In this document: positions 8,733 through 19,451 of the stretch, one piece after another
Position numbering within the stretch: position 1 is the stretch's first letter
How the letters are laid out: each line of letters starts with the position of its first letter
Origin: Candidatus Micrarchaeota archaeon
Lineage (GTDB): Archaea > Micrarchaeota > Micrarchaeia > Micrarchaeales > CABMGC01
DNA: 51,518 bases
Direction: 5' to 3'
Assembly: GCA_021789155.1 (NCBI GenBank)
Contig: JAJYJW010000003.1
Coordinates: 1 to 51,518 of the forward strand
Notes under the pieces: generated by a model
What the model saw: the letters and a program-made list of their open reading frames with translations, nothing else
The model's database searches: none
Told to the model about the DNA's origin: nothing
Translations under genes and position numbers: made by a program

Positions 8733-9449
8733 TCATTCGAGGATTATCTCTATCCTCTTGTTATGCGTGCCCTTGCTGAGATAGTTGCTAAGGACCATCT
8801 TGCCAACCTCCTTCGTGTTCTTGACGTGCGTTCCGCCGTCAGTCTGTATGTCAAGCCCCACTATCTCGATTGTGCGCACCTCGGGAACGGATTTTATTAT
8901 TGCCAATCCCGTTTCCGCGCGGACCAGTTCGGGATTAGCCAAGGCTTCCTCCCTGCTTATTATCCTAGCGACAACTTCGTGACCCTCAGCAAGAACCTTG
9001 TTGGTGGCTTCAACAAGTTCTGCCATTTTCTCCCTTGTTGCACCATCTATATCAAGGTCTATCCTTGCCCTTTCGTCATAAATCTGATTGCCGGTTATTT
9101 TTCCTATCCTGTAAATTTTTTCCATAACTCCGTCAAGCGTATGCAAAGCTGTGTGCAAGCGCATGTGGCTGTATCTCTTATCCCAGTCTATTGTACCTTC
9201 GACCGAATCGTTGATCTCCGCAGGAATGTGTTCCTCTAGAGCATGAACTATGTCGTTGCCCTTTTTTGAAACTGAAACTACTTTGTACTCTTTCCCTTTG
9301 AATGATATAATTCCAGTGTCGCATGGCTGCCCGCCCCCTGTTGGATAGAATGCGGTTTTATCGAGTATGAGATTATTGCCGTCGTTGTTTACTATACTTG
9401 CGGTGAACTGCTTAAGGTACTGGTCTTCCCAGAATAATTTCTGCGTCAT
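8733..9449 (-). CDS. alaX: AlaX-M trans-editing protein (alanyl-tRNA editing domain)
   Basis: TAFYPTGGGQPCDTG, MRLHTALH and DGGTHV. ATG 9449 follows a GGTGA RBS; the ORF track starts at GTG 9461. Confidence 0.9.
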   Translation of the reverse strand: MTQKLFWEDQYLKQFTASIVNNDGNNLILDKTAFYPTGGGQPCDTGIISFKGKEYKVVSVSKKGNDIVHALEEHIPAEINDSVEGTIDWDKRYSHMRLHTALHTLDGVMEKIYRIGKITGNQIYDERARIDLDIDGATREKMAELVEATNKVLAEGHEVVARIISREEALANPELVRAETGLAIIKSVPEVRTIEIVGLDIQTDGGTHVKNTKEVGKMVLSNYLSKGTHNKRIEIILE

Positions 9450-9498
9450 GATAATCGTCACCTATAAATATTTATTAGCCATTTATATATGCGCCGCT

Positions 9499-9571
9499 AG
9501 CCCCGTCGTCTAGTGGCCAAGGACCACGGGCTTTGGACCCGTGTACACCGGTTCGAATCCGGTCGGGGCTA
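9499..9571 (+). tRNA. tRNA-Gln(UUG), intronless
   Basis: AGCCCCG/CGGGGCT acceptor stem, D arm GTCT-AGTGGCCAA-GGAC, anticodon arm CACGGG-CTTTGGA-CCCGTG, T arm ACCGG-TTCGAAT-CCGGT. CCA is not encoded. Confidence 0.95.
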
Positions 9572-9640
9572 TACAATGTTTTCTAATCTTATACATCAAT
9601 TTTATATACTCGGACTTGCCAAGAATTTGATAGTGTATAA

Positions 9641-11041
9641 ATGCAGGGAAAAAGACCAATAATGTTGTACAACACGCTTAAGCGCGAAAAGGAGGAATTC
9701 ATTCCGATACGTGCCGGAGAGGTTGGTTTGTACACCTGCGGTCCAACTGTTTACAACTACGCACACATTGGGAATTTGAGAACCTACATATTCGAAGACG
9801 TTCTGAGAAGGGTGCTAGAATACAACGGCCTTCACGTTAAGCACGTGATGAACGTTACCGACGTTGGCCATCTTACCTCCGATGCAGACGAAGGCGCGGA
9901 CAAGATGGAGAAAAGCGCGAAGAAGGAGGGCAAAGACGTATGGACAATAGCAAAGCATTATACTGAAGCTTTCTTCAACGACTGCGCTAGGTTGAACATC
10001 CAATCCCCTGGTGTGACCTGCAAAGCAACAGACCACATTCCAGAGCAGATAAAGCTAGTGCAGGATCTGGAGAAAAAAGGATATACTTACAGAACTTCAG
10101 ACGGGATCTACTTTGATAGCACGAAGTTTGAGCGCTATAATGAACTCGGAAGATTGGATCCGAAAGGGTTGAGCGCAGGCATACGAGTTGAAATGGGCGA
10201 AAAGAAGAGCCCTACAGATTTCGCGTTATGGAAATTCAGCCCTAAAGACGAGCAACGCCAGATGGAATGGGACAGCCCGTGGGGCAAAGGATTCCCTGGT
10301 TGGCATATCGAATGCTCCGCAATGTCGATGAAATATCTAGGCAATCATTTTGATATTCATACCGGAGGCATAGACCACATACCCGTTCATCACACAAATG
10401 AAATAGCGCAGAGCGAAGCCGCAACCGGGGAAAAATTCGCCAACTTCTGGTTGCATGGCAATTTCCTGGTTGTAGAAAACGACAAGATGTCGAAGTCATC
10501 CGGAGAATTCCTCACTTTGGAAAGGGTAATATCAAAAGGATTCGAACCTTTAGATTACAGGTATTTCTGTCTCACCACCCACTATAGGAAGAACCTGAAC
10601 TTCAGCTGGGAGAACCTCAATGCCGCAAAAGAAGCGTTGCAAAAGCTTCGCGAGGAAATACTCGAAATCAAAAAGTCGGATTACAAGGGAACCAAGAGCA
10701 CCGAAACGTACGATGAAGAATTCCTAGATAAGATAAACGATGACTTGAACACGCCTCTGGCATTGGCTGTGCTTTACAAGTTATTGAAGGACAAAGACGT
10801 TGGGGCGAAGGAGAAATACGCAGCGATAATCGACTACGACCGCATATTCGGACTCAAGCTTGCAGAAGTGAAGGAAGCGAAGGTGCCGGAAGAAGTGGTA
10901 AAACTTGCCGAAGAACGCGAAATTGCGAGGAAGAAAAGCGATTGGAAAAAAGCTGATGAACTCAGAGCGAAGATAGCAGCACACGGCTTTAACGTGCAAG
11001 ATACCGAGAATGGATACAGGATAGACCCGAAACCAGAATAA
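9641..11041 (+). CDS. cysS: Cysteine--tRNA ligase
   Basis: [53 protein letters not shown]. Confidence 0.98.
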   Translation: MQGKRPIMLYNTLKREKEEFIPIRAGEVGLYTCGPTVYNYAHIGNLRTYIFEDVLRRVLEYNGLHVKHVMNVTDVGHLTSDADEGADKMEKSAKKEGKDVWTIAKHYTEAFFNDCARLNIQSPGVTCKATDHIPEQIKLVQDLEKKGYTYRTSDGIYFDSTKFERYNELGRLDPKGLSAGIRVEMGEKKSPTDFALWKFSPKDEQRQMEWDSPWGKGFPGWHIECSAMSMKYLGNHFDIHTGGIDHIPVHHTNEIAQSEAATGEKFANFWLHGNFLVVENDKMSKSSGEFLTLERVISKGFEPLDYRYFCLTTHYRKNLNFSWENLNAAKEALQKLREEILEIKKSDYKGTKSTETYDEEFLDKINDDLNTPLALAVLYKLLKDKDVGAKEKYAAIIDYDRIFGLKLAEVKEAKVPEEVVKLAEEREIARKKSDWKKADELRAKIAAHGFNVQDTENGYRIDPKPE

Positions 11042-11079
11042 TCCATACTTTTAAATGATATAATGCTCCAGTGATATGC

Positions 11080-11946
11080 GTGGAGTGGTACTATCTTGCT
11101 GCAATATCCGCGATCGCCCTGGGAGCTTCCACAATAATGGAAAAGCTCATGCTCAAGGACGAACACGCAACCGTATATAGCACGATATACACGATAATGA
11201 CTGCAGTGATATGCTTATTCCTAATCCCATTCTCCGATTTTTCCATGAGTTTGCAGAGCTTTCTCGCGATTGCGATTGCTGCTGTTCTGACTGCATTTTC
11301 CTATCTCATGGGCGCGAGACTTTTCAGGCATAATGATATATCAATGGTTTCCCCGGTATCTATAGGATTGCCGACTGTTTTCGTGGTCCTGCTCGCATTC
11401 GTATTCCTATCGGAGAAATTGACCCTTCTCCAATATGCTGCAGTAATAGGCATTTTCTTGTCGCTTATTTCTCTTCTGCTAACAAGAGACAGCAAACTGC
11501 CCTCTTTAAGGAGCAGCATAAAGGACCCATATATATTAGGCTCTCTGCTGTTTTCGATCGCAACCGCATGTGGTGCGATAATAGCAAAATATGTCCTTTC
11601 GTACGTAAGTGCGGTTACGTATTTCGTGGCTGCGCAGGAGTTAAGAGCGATAATCATGCTAGCCGTAATTGCAGCAAGGAAGGATGGAATAAGCAGCGCT
11701 TATGAAAGGGCAATGCGTGATTTTGTTCCGTTGGCTGCTATTGCCGCAATATCCTTCGTAAGCGGGATAACGTTCATACTTGCAATGGCCTCCGCGGAAG
11801 TCAGCTTGGTGCAGCCGTTGAGAAGCGTCATCTCGGTCATAATGACGGTGGTTATTGGCGGGGAAGTATTCAAGGAGAAGGGAGTATCGAAAAGACTGGC
11901 CATAGGCATACTCATGGCGGTATTCGCGTTCATACTAATATCCTGA
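11080..11946 (+). CDS. EamA / DMT family transporter
   Basis: About 10 TM helices in two repeats with AFVFLSEKL and GGEVFKEK motifs. Start is GTG 11071 or 11080. Confidence 0.85.
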   Translation: MEWYYLAAISAIALGASTIMEKLMLKDEHATVYSTIYTIMTAVICLFLIPFSDFSMSLQSFLAIAIAAVLTAFSYLMGARLFRHNDISMVSPVSIGLPTVFVVLLAFVFLSEKLTLLQYAAVIGIFLSLISLLLTRDSKLPSLRSSIKDPYILGSLLFSIATACGAIIAKYVLSYVSAVTYFVAAQELRAIIMLAVIAARKDGISSAYERAMRDFVPLAAIAAISFVSGITFILAMASAEVSLVQPLRSVISVIMTVVIGGEVFKEKGVSKRLAIGILMAVFAFILIS

Positions 11947-12013
11947 ATTATCCAGGATACGGTGAAACTCGTCCTTTTTTATACTTTACCGAGAAAATGG
12001 ATACGTGATACTT

Positions 12014-12211
12014 ATGTTGTGCGAAAGATGTAGCAATAGCATACACAAATATAACATGTGCAACTCATGCAACAGGAAGATATGCATAAACTGCGTGAAG
12101 AGTTCCAGAAGAATGGACAAGAGGACAAGAATCGTCATATGCAAGGATTGCTGGAGCAAGATGCCAGCAAGGCAGAAGTTCAAGAGCGCGAGCTCTAGAA
12201 TTCAACAGTAG
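12014..12211 (+). CDS. Small basic Cys-rich zinc-finger protein (4 x CxxC)
   Basis: CERC, CNSC, CINC, CKDC. ATG 12014 follows a GTGA RBS; TTTTATA upstream. Confidence 0.75.
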   Translation: MLCERCSNSIHKYNMCNSCNRKICINCVKSSRRMDKRTRIVICKDCWSKMPARQKFKSASSRIQQ

Positions 12212-12219
12212 CATTTAAG

Positions 12220-15200
12220 CTACTGCTTCTCCTTCTTTACCTCTATCCTTACCTTGTCTCCTTCTATGTCGAAAGTCTTCATTTCATTGCTTTCAGTGCA
12301 TTCCATAGAAACCGCGTTCAGGTCACGCATCACTTCCTTCTTGTTCTTCGATACGAATGCTGTTAGCTCTTCGCCAGCGAGATAGTTGATTGCAACTTTG
12401 TCTATTTTCTTCAGCTGCATGTCCTTTCTTATCATCTGCACCCTTCTCTCGAATTCCCTGACAAGTCCCTCGCCTTTCAGCTCATCGTTCATCGTCTTGT
12501 CTACGCTCGCTTTGCCATACCTGAAAACAACAGCATCGCTTGCCTCTATCTTGTGAACTGTGTTAAAGTGCTCTGCGGTGATATCGAAAACCCCTTTATC
12601 AGTATGCAACGAATAGCTACCGTGTTCCTCTATCGACTTGCGCAATTCATGAGGATTCGCTTTCTTGAGCTCCGCAGCAACCATCGATGCATCTGCCTTG
12701 AACGAAGGTCCCAGATTCTGGAAGTTTGGCTTTATCTCCTCATCCATGTTGCTTACTTTTTCTATATTCAGTTTCTTTACGTTTGTATAGTCCTCTATTA
12801 TCGGAGTTAACTTCTGAAGCGAATTTATTACTGAATCATCATTCACTTCCAGCTTTGCGGACAAAGCCGGCCATCTTAGTTTCATCCCTGCCTTCTCCCT
12901 GCTGTTCAATATAGCAGTTATGGCAGAATTCGCGATCTCGAACTCCTGCTCCATGTCCTTGTTTATGAGCTGGGATCTTGATTTCGGCCAATTCTCAAGG
13001 AATATGCTATCTTTTGCATTGGCATACGTTGTCTTGTATATGTGTTCTATGCTTAAAGGCATGAACGGAGAAAGTAATATCAGAAGATCATGCAACACGT
13101 AATTGAGAACGTCGATCGTAGCTTTCGCAGTCTTGTTGCTCGAATCCGCCATCTTTTTCTTCGCCATTTTCAGGTAGAATCTGCTGAGATCGTTTACGGT
13201 GAAGTTCAGGAGTTCGTTTACTGCATTGTTTACCTCATAGTTGTTGAGGAACAACGTAACGTCTGCGATTACGCTGTTAAGCCTGGAGAGTATCCATGAG
13301 TTGTATGCATCCATGTCAATGGAATCACGTGGAATCTTTACTTTTTTGGGCACGTATTTTGCTGCAGCGGAATACTCGGTTAACAGGTTAGCTATATTGT
13401 GTATAAGAATCAAATCCGCTTCCATGTCTTCTATTTCAGAATGCGCGAGCTTCAGGTTTTCATGAACTACATGCGAAAGCGTGAATAACCTTATCGCGTC
13501 TACCGAATACTTGCCCAGAAGCTCGTGTCCGGAAACGTAGTTGCCCTTGCTTTTGTGCATCGCTTCCCCTTTGGAATCGACTACCCATCCCTGCATCTGT
13601 ATGGTTTTGAATGCGGGTTTGTTGTAAACGGCTACGCTGGTCTTCATCAAAGTCGCGAACCATCCGCGTATCTGGTCCGGCCCTTCGGTTATGTATGCGT
13701 TAGGAAATGCGTCTTTGAAGTTTTCTTCGGAAAAGCCAGCAGTATGCGCAACTCCAGAATCATACCAAACGTCGAATACGTCAGGAACCCTATGCATGTC
13801 TGCAGAGCATTTACTGCATTTGAATACTATGCCGTCTATTGCGGGCCTGTGAAGCGTGCTCGCGTTGAATGGCATGTTGGTGTTGGATCTCGCTTTCAAT
13901 TCATCGTATGAGCCTATGACTTCTATGTTGCTGCATGAACTGCATTCCCATATCGGTATGGGTATATCCCAGTACCTCTGCCTGCTTATTACCCAATCCG
14001 GGGCGTTGTCTATGCTTTCTACGAACCACTGCTTCAATTCGCTAGGATGCCATTCTACCTTTTCGCATTGTTTCTTTATCTTATCCTTGAGCTTGGCCAT
14101 GTTTATGAACCACTGCTTTGTTGGCATGAAAACCAGCTTGTCATGGCATCTCCAGCAATGAGGATAGCTGTGGGTTATGTTTGTCTTACCAAGCATAGCC
14201 CCATTCTCCTCAAGCGCTACTTCTATGCGCCTGTTTGCATCGTGTATGAGGCTTATTCCAGCGTATTCGCCTGCATCTGCGTTGTACTTTCCATTTGTGT
14301 CTACTATTGAAAGCAACGGTATCTTCTCTTTTGTTGCAAGCTGGAAGTCTTCCGGACCGCATGCTGGCGCAATGTGCACCAGTCCTGTGCCATCGCTCAT
14401 CGTGACAAGCTCTTCCGAGAATACGACTCTGTGTTCTTTTCTCATCGCCTTTTGCTTTGGAAGGAATTCCTCAAGAGGATTCACGTAAAGTATTCCCTCA
14501 AGTTCGGAACCGAAGAACTCGCCAGTTACCGTAGGAGATAGCTTGAGCAATTGCGATAACGCATCGAGTCTCTGCTTTGCAAGGATGTATTCTTTGCCTT
14601 CTATGTCAACCCTTACGTATCTCTCCTTTGGATTAGCGGCAACTGCCATGTTCGCAGGAATTGTCCATGGGGTAGTGGTCCATATCAGAAGATGAGAGTC
14701 TTTGCCCAATTCTATTCTTGGCTTTGACAGCTCATTGTTGATCTTGAATGCGATGAATACAGAAGGATCGGTATCCGTTTCCTCTTCTACTTCTGGACCT
14801 TTTGCCAATACCGTTTCGCAGTGAATGCAGTAGGGCATCACTTGCGTACCTCTGTATACGAGACCTTTGTCGTATATTGCCTTGAATATGCCTATGCTCT
14901 TGTTCATGTATTCCGCTGTAGCAGGTATGTACGGATTATCGAAATCTAGCCAAACTCCATAATCGCGCGCTACAGAAATCTCATCTGCTACGTTTTCCTT
15001 GTACAATTCAATGCATTTGTCAATGAAGTTCTTCACCCCGATTTTTGTTTCGATTTCCTTCTTCGATGCTATCCCAAGTTTTTTCTCGACCTTGTTCTCT
15101 ATCGGCAAACCGTGTACATCGAACCCGGATCTGTCGAGAACTGAAAATCCCTGCAATCGCTTATATCTCAGTATTGCATCCTTTCTGACATAACCTCTAA

Positions 15201-15360
15201 TATGGCCCAAATGAAGCTCTCCGCTTGCATATGGTGGACCTTCCATGAACACGAATCTCTTTTTCCCCTTTCTACTTTCGTTTATCCTTATGCGCGTATT
15301 GTTACCTTCCCACTCTTTCAATACAGATTTTTCCAGATCAAGCAGGTCTTGTTTTTGCAT
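12220..15360 (-). CDS. ileS: Isoleucine--tRNA ligase (archaeal type)
   Basis: EGPPYASG-HLGH, WTTTPWT, GTGLVHIAP, DWVISRQRYW, EGPDQIRGWF, AMHKSKGN. Confidence 0.97.
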   Translation of the reverse strand: MQKQDLLDLEKSVLKEWEGNNTRIRINESRKGKKRFVFMEGPPYASGELHLGHIRGYVRKDAILRYKRLQGFSVLDRSGFDVHGLPIENKVEKKLGIASKKEIETKIGVKNFIDKCIELYKENVADEISVARDYGVWLDFDNPYIPATAEYMNKSIGIFKAIYDKGLVYRGTQVMPYCIHCETVLAKGPEVEEETDTDPSVFIAFKINNELSKPRIELGKDSHLLIWTTTPWTIPANMAVAANPKERYVRVDIEGKEYILAKQRLDALSQLLKLSPTVTGEFFGSELEGILYVNPLEEFLPKQKAMRKEHRVVFSEELVTMSDGTGLVHIAPACGPEDFQLATKEKIPLLSIVDTNGKYNADAGEYAGISLIHDANRRIEVALEENGAMLGKTNITHSYPHCWRCHDKLVFMPTKQWFINMAKLKDKIKKQCEKVEWHPSELKQWFVESIDNAPDWVISRQRYWDIPIPIWECSSCSNIEVIGSYDELKARSNTNMPFNASTLHRPAIDGIVFKCSKCSADMHRVPDVFDVWYDSGVAHTAGFSEENFKDAFPNAYITEGPDQIRGWFATLMKTSVAVYNKPAFKTIQMQGWVVDSKGEAMHKSKGNYVSGHELLGKYSVDAIRLFTLSHVVHENLKLAHSEIEDMEADLILIHNIANLLTEYSAAAKYVPKKVKIPRDSIDMDAYNSWILSRLNSVIADVTLFLNNYEVNNAVNELLNFTVNDLSRFYLKMAKKKMADSSNKTAKATIDVLNYVLHDLLILLSPFMPLSIEHIYKTTYANAKDSIFLENWPKSRSQLINKDMEQEFEIANSAITAILNSREKAGMKLRWPALSAKLEVNDDSVINSLQKLTPIIEDYTNVKKLNIEKVSNMDEEIKPNFQNLGPSFKADASMVAAELKKANPHELRKSIEEHGSYSLHTDKGVFDITAEHFNTVHKIEASDAVVFRYGKASVDKTMNDELKGEGLVREFERRVQMIRKDMQLKKIDKVAINYLAGEELTAFVSKNKKEVMRDLNAVSMECTESNEMKTFDIEGDKVRIEVKKEKQ

Positions 15361-15493
15361 TAATTGCGCCCCTTAGCAGAACAAGTGGTTTTTCCTCTTA
15401 ATTCTTATAAAGGTATTGTGTTTACAATTTCATGCGGGATTCGCGTTTACAAAAAATCTTTAAACTTTAACTGTAGCAATCTCTTGTGATTGC

Positions 15494-18409
15494 ATGGGTA
15501 TTGAAAGGACTTTGGGATATATGCTATTCGTAATGCTTATATTGCCTTCTGCTTATTCTGCCGCTACGGTGACAGTATCCTGCGCTTCCTTTACCGTAGG
15601 TTCATCTACTAGTTGCACCGCGAATGCGAACGGAGGCATTCCTGGAGGCACATTCACATTTACAACGTCTGCACCTACTGGAACTTTCATAGGTTCACCA
15701 TGCACCGCTGCCATGACCTCATGCTCTGTTACTTATAGCGACACTTCTGCTGGAACCCCAACAATCACAGCTACATACTCGAAAAACGCGGGCATTTCGG
15801 GCAACACGATTGTAAGCGTCAACAAAGCCACTCCATCGGTAAGCGTTTCTTGTAGCTCATTCAATGCGGGCACATCTACGAGTTGTAGAGCAAATATAGT
15901 ATCAGGGTTTAACCCAACAGGGACGGTATCGTTCAGCACGTCGAGCTCTACAGGTTCTTTTTCTGGAACACCGTGCACGCTGAGTCTAGAATCATGTAGC
16001 GTTACTTATAGCGACACTTCTGCTGGAACCCCAACAATCACAGCTACATACTCCGGAGATGGTAATAACGTAGGAAGTTCTGGAAGCGGAAGCGTTACGG
16101 TTAATCCGAGTGGCGCTACGGTTAGTGTTTCTTGCGTAACGTTCATTGCCGGATCTTCTGGAAGCTGCACTGCTTTGGTTATAGGAAATTCCCCTACTGG
16201 CACCGTATCATTTAGCACGTCGAGTTCTACCGGATCATTCTCAAGCGCTACATGTACGTTGAGTTCAGGATCATGTTCTACCACTTACAGCGACACTTCT
16301 GCTGGAACCCCAACAATCACAGCTACATACTCCGGAGATGGCAACAATTCTGGAGGTTTGGCCACCACGCTAGCAAGTGTGACGTCGATTACGCAAGGAT
16401 CTTCGCAGACCACCCAAAACCAGCAGCCCTGCGGGTTCAAGATAGATTTTACATCGCCATATTCAGTATTCGTGAACACGTCTAAAGCAAGCTTCAATTT
16501 CACGGTGCAAAAGCTCTCGCCATACTGCAGCATAATTGGAGCGCAGGGCACACTCATGATATCACAAGAAAGCTCTCCTGGCCTCTCGAAATACATGTAC
16601 AACTTCTCCATAGGTCAGATAAGCACCATTCCCGAAACAATGACCATTGACATAAATGCTTCGAATGTGCCTTACGGAGAAGACCTCGCGACGCTCTCAT
16701 TCAAAACAGGCGCCGGAGCATATAACTATACTCAAATGCATTTCCTGCTCATAGGGCCTGCAGAGGTTTTCATTGACAACATAAGCGCCGATCCTAGCAC
16801 CTTGAACCTTGGAGAGCCTATAAATTTGGTTAGCGATTTTACCAACAAGGGTTTCTTCAACGCAATCAATCTCACGGAGAATGTTCGCGTTACGTTCCCA
16901 GACTTCACAACGTACACGTTTAGCATACCTCTTGAAAAATTGCACGCGTTCCAGCGCAAGACCTTCTCTTTCGACCTTGGCAGAGTCACCACAAAACCTG
17001 GAAATTACACCATTCAGGAAAACGTGACTTACACCGGAAATTACACTTTCAATAACAACTTATATTCATTCCCAGAACTGATAACGAATACGGTAACATG
17101 CACATACCATGTCAATGACAGCAGGGCAATTAAGTATTCGGTGACTCCGATAACCGCCAGTACGCCGATCTTAGAAGCCGGCCCGTTGAAGCTCGTGAAT
17201 ACTCCTTTCCTTACTCAAGCATACATTGAAAAGGGCAGCGAATCTGTAAGCCTTGGGTTATCGAATTCGGACGGATATCCGATAATAATAAATCTGACCA
17301 CTCCGACTCTACAGTTCGGAACATTGAATAGTTCTGCAGATTCCCTGCACCTATATCAGAACCATACCGAATTTGTAAGTTTCACCTTCACTCCTTTTCT
17401 TAACGCAACCCCAGGGTTGTATCAAGTTCCAATAAACGCTACAGTCAAATCGGATTCCGGGAACTTAAGCCTGAATACCAACATTTATCTGCTTATAGAC
17501 CTCAAGCACGCGGCGAATTCGCTATCAGTATCTAAAAACATAGTAATACCTGGAGACGGTTCTGAGGCAAAAGTAGTGCTCAGCGTATTCAATCCCTCCA
17601 ATTTATCTGTGCATTACATAACACTAACCCAGCAGATCAACTCATCAATAACTGAATCATCAAACAGCATAGTAGCAGAACATGGAGATATAACAAAAAT
17701 TCCGAATGCTTATCTAATAAATTGGAGCATAACCTCTATCAACAAAGGCAAAAACTCCACGTACGTGGTTAACATTTACAACATATCTAACCATGGCAAT
17801 CTTCTCTATCTGCTCAACGATAAAATAGGTATGGCGTCTTCCATATCCGGAAATACGGTCAACATTTCAATAGTAAACGTAACCACCCCAGAATTCGCTT
17901 ATGTAAACTCTTCAGCATACGTATCTTTGGCTGCAATATACTCTGGAGATGCTAGAGCGAAGATAGGCTTCGGGCTTGTTGGACCTTCTGGAGTAAGCAT
18001 CGTAAATCCTTATCAGGAATTTTATGCTGCACCTGATTCAATACTGCTCCCCAAGTTTACCGTAAACTCCACATCGCTTGTTGGAGTTCAATCATTTAAG
18101 TTGTACGTTACTGGACCTTTTGAACCCATAACAAAGGAGATATCGATAAACTTCACTGCTCAACCAACTTTAATTGAAGAACTTGAGAACGCATTGAAAA
18201 ATCCATCAGTAATCATATTTGTTGAGCTTGCGTTAGCTGCATTATCCGTTTTGATAATCAAGGCATACTCGATTATGAAACGTGGTGCAGATATAAATAA
18301 ACCTAGCAGAAGGGAAGAACTCGCTAGACTTGAGGGAAGAATGGTGTCTAGGATTGAAAGACTCGAACAAAGGATACGCTCATTAAGAAGAACCAAAGGC
18401 AAAAAATGA
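15494..18409 (+). CDS. Large membrane-anchored surface protein with three N-terminal Ig-like (Big-type) repeats
   Basis: Signal peptide; three ~91-93 aa S/T/G-rich repeats, each with 4 Cys and an ITATYS(GD) motif; many N-x-S/T sequons; C-terminal TM helix and basic tail. Confidence 0.85.
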   Translation: MGIERTLGYMLFVMLILPSAYSAATVTVSCASFTVGSSTSCTANANGGIPGGTFTFTTSAPTGTFIGSPCTAAMTSCSVTYSDTSAGTPTITATYSKNAGISGNTIVSVNKATPSVSVSCSSFNAGTSTSCRANIVSGFNPTGTVSFSTSSSTGSFSGTPCTLSLESCSVTYSDTSAGTPTITATYSGDGNNVGSSGSGSVTVNPSGATVSVSCVTFIAGSSGSCTALVIGNSPTGTVSFSTSSSTGSFSSATCTLSSGSCSTTYSDTSAGTPTITATYSGDGNNSGGLATTLASVTSITQGSSQTTQNQQPCGFKIDFTSPYSVFVNTSKASFNFTVQKLSPYCSIIGAQGTLMISQESSPGLSKYMYNFSIGQISTIPETMTIDINASNVPYGEDLATLSFKTGAGAYNYTQMHFLLIGPAEVFIDNISADPSTLNLGEPINLVSDFTNKGFFNAINLTENVRVTFPDFTTYTFSIPLEKLHAFQRKTFSFDLGRVTTKPGNYTIQENVTYTGNYTFNNNLYSFPELITNTVTCTYHVNDSRAIKYSVTPITASTPILEAGPLKLVNTPFLTQAYIEKGSESVSLGLSNSDGYPIIINLTTPTLQFGTLNSSADSLHLYQNHTEFVSFTFTPFLNATPGLYQVPINATVKSDSGNLSLNTNIYLLIDLKHAANSLSVSKNIVIPGDGSEAKVVLSVFNPSNLSVHYITLTQQINSSITESSNSIVAEHGDITKIPNAYLINWSITSINKGKNSTYVVNIYNISNHGNLLYLLNDKIGMASSISGNTVNISIVNVTTPEFAYVNSSAYVSLAAIYSGDARAKIGFGLVGPSGVSIVNPYQEFYAAPDSILLPKFTVNSTSLVGVQSFKLYVTGPFEPITKEISINFTAQPTLIEELENALKNPSVIIFVELALAALSVLIIKAYSIMKRGADINKPSRREELARLEGRMVSRIERLEQRIRSLRRTKGKK
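15737..16332 (+). repeat. Three identical 44-bp intragenic direct repeats (15737-15780, 16010-16053, 16289-16332)
   Basis: AGCGACACTTCTGCTGGAACCCCAACAATCACAGCTACATACTC occurs three times at spacings of 273 and 279 bp. Copies 1/2 and copies 2/3 each share 53 identical bp. Confidence 0.95.
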
Positions 18410-18471
18410 GGCAAACGAGCATAAGAGCTGCAATCCGCAACGATTTTAAATTGTTGATGAGTTTAATCACC

Positions 18472-19392
18472 ATGCGAAGTTCAGGTAGGAATACGCGTAT
18501 CCAATCCGCGATGGAATACCTCATGACATACGGATGGGCGATTCTGATCATAACGGTTATTCTTGGGGCATTATTCCAGCTTGGCGTATTCAATACCAAT
18601 ACGGTAGTAGGCAGGGCAAAACCGGGATCGTGCGTTCTAGTGAGGCCTAACGGTCCAGGAACGCTGAAATATCTTAGCTTAAGCGGAATATGCAACAACG
18701 AGCCTCCGCAATACGTAGTCAGCATTGGAGGCTCGAGCGGAAGCTACATCAATCTCGGAACTAACGCTTACATGCAGATGATGGGCAATGTCACATTGAC
18801 AATCTGGGCAAGATCTACGCAATCGTTGACCGGAACCGGTTGTTCTGGAGGGGCAGCGCTGCTCTTCGGACAATGGATAACCGGGAGTCAAAACAACAAC
18901 GTCCTATTCTGGTCAGACACCTGCACGCAATATAGCCCTGAAATGCTAACGTATGGGGGTTACGTTGGTGCACCATTGAGCAACAAGTATGCAGACGGCA
19001 ACTGGCACATGATTACCGGCACTAAGCTCGTTGCCGGCGCAAGCGCAACAGTATGCTTCTACGTAGATGCAGTACAGATATTATGCAAAAGCGCGTCTAC
19101 AACGATACTCAATCCAACTGATGCATGGCAAATAGGCGCAGGCTCTGGCGGAATGTGGCAATACATCGGATTGGCGAGCAACGCACAGATGTACAATGCT
19201 TCGCTCACTCAGACTGAGATATCTTCCTTATACCATCAGGGAATAGGTGCTGACCCGATAAACACCGCGCATCTTGTTGGATGGTGGCCGCTCAATGGAG
19301 ACGCAAACGACTATTCGGGGAACAATTTCAATGGCGCTACGACCAAAGTATCTTTCACGAGCGGATGGACTGCAGGGTATACCAAACCGTAA
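18472..19392 (+). CDS. Class III signal-peptide (pilin-like) protein with a LamG / concanavalin A-like domain
   Basis: RIQSAMEYLMTYGWAILIITVILGALF type IV pilin-like N-terminus; LamG motifs TLTIW, DGNWHMITGT, YVD, YNASLTQTEISSLY, LVGWWPLNGDANDYSGN. The ORF track starts at 18406. Confidence 0.85.
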   Translation: MRSSGRNTRIQSAMEYLMTYGWAILIITVILGALFQLGVFNTNTVVGRAKPGSCVLVRPNGPGTLKYLSLSGICNNEPPQYVVSIGGSSGSYINLGTNAYMQMMGNVTLTIWARSTQSLTGTGCSGGAALLFGQWITGSQNNNVLFWSDTCTQYSPEMLTYGGYVGAPLSNKYADGNWHMITGTKLVAGASATVCFYVDAVQILCKSASTTILNPTDAWQIGAGSGGMWQYIGLASNAQMYNASLTQTEISSLYHQGIGADPINTAHLVGWWPLNGDANDYSGNNFNGATTKVSFTSGWTAGYTKP

Positions 19393-19451
19393 GTGCGGCA
19401 AATTTCTTGCAGTAGATAAACGTTATAAACCTTTTTTGTTCATATCAGAGC

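Noticed and set aside
8730-8735. Abutting convergent stop codons (also 2498/2501, 21236/21237, 29646/29648)
   Set aside because: An ordinary consequence of genome compaction; no specific structure.
8820-8850. AlaX zinc motif DGGTH instead of CGGTH
   Set aside because: To my knowledge the Asp variant is a recognised AlaX subtype, and the other ligands are intact.
6168-9571. Region between the two tRNA-Gln genes as an integrated island
   Set aside because: Both tRNAs are complete, different isoacceptors rather than an att duplication. There is no integrase and the enclosed genes look native.
15737-16332. Three identical 44-bp repeats as a CRISPR array or a DGR template/variable repeat pair
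   Set aside because: Spacers are about 230 bp and in-frame coding. There are no adenine-specific mismatches, and no cas or reverse transcriptase gene in the window.
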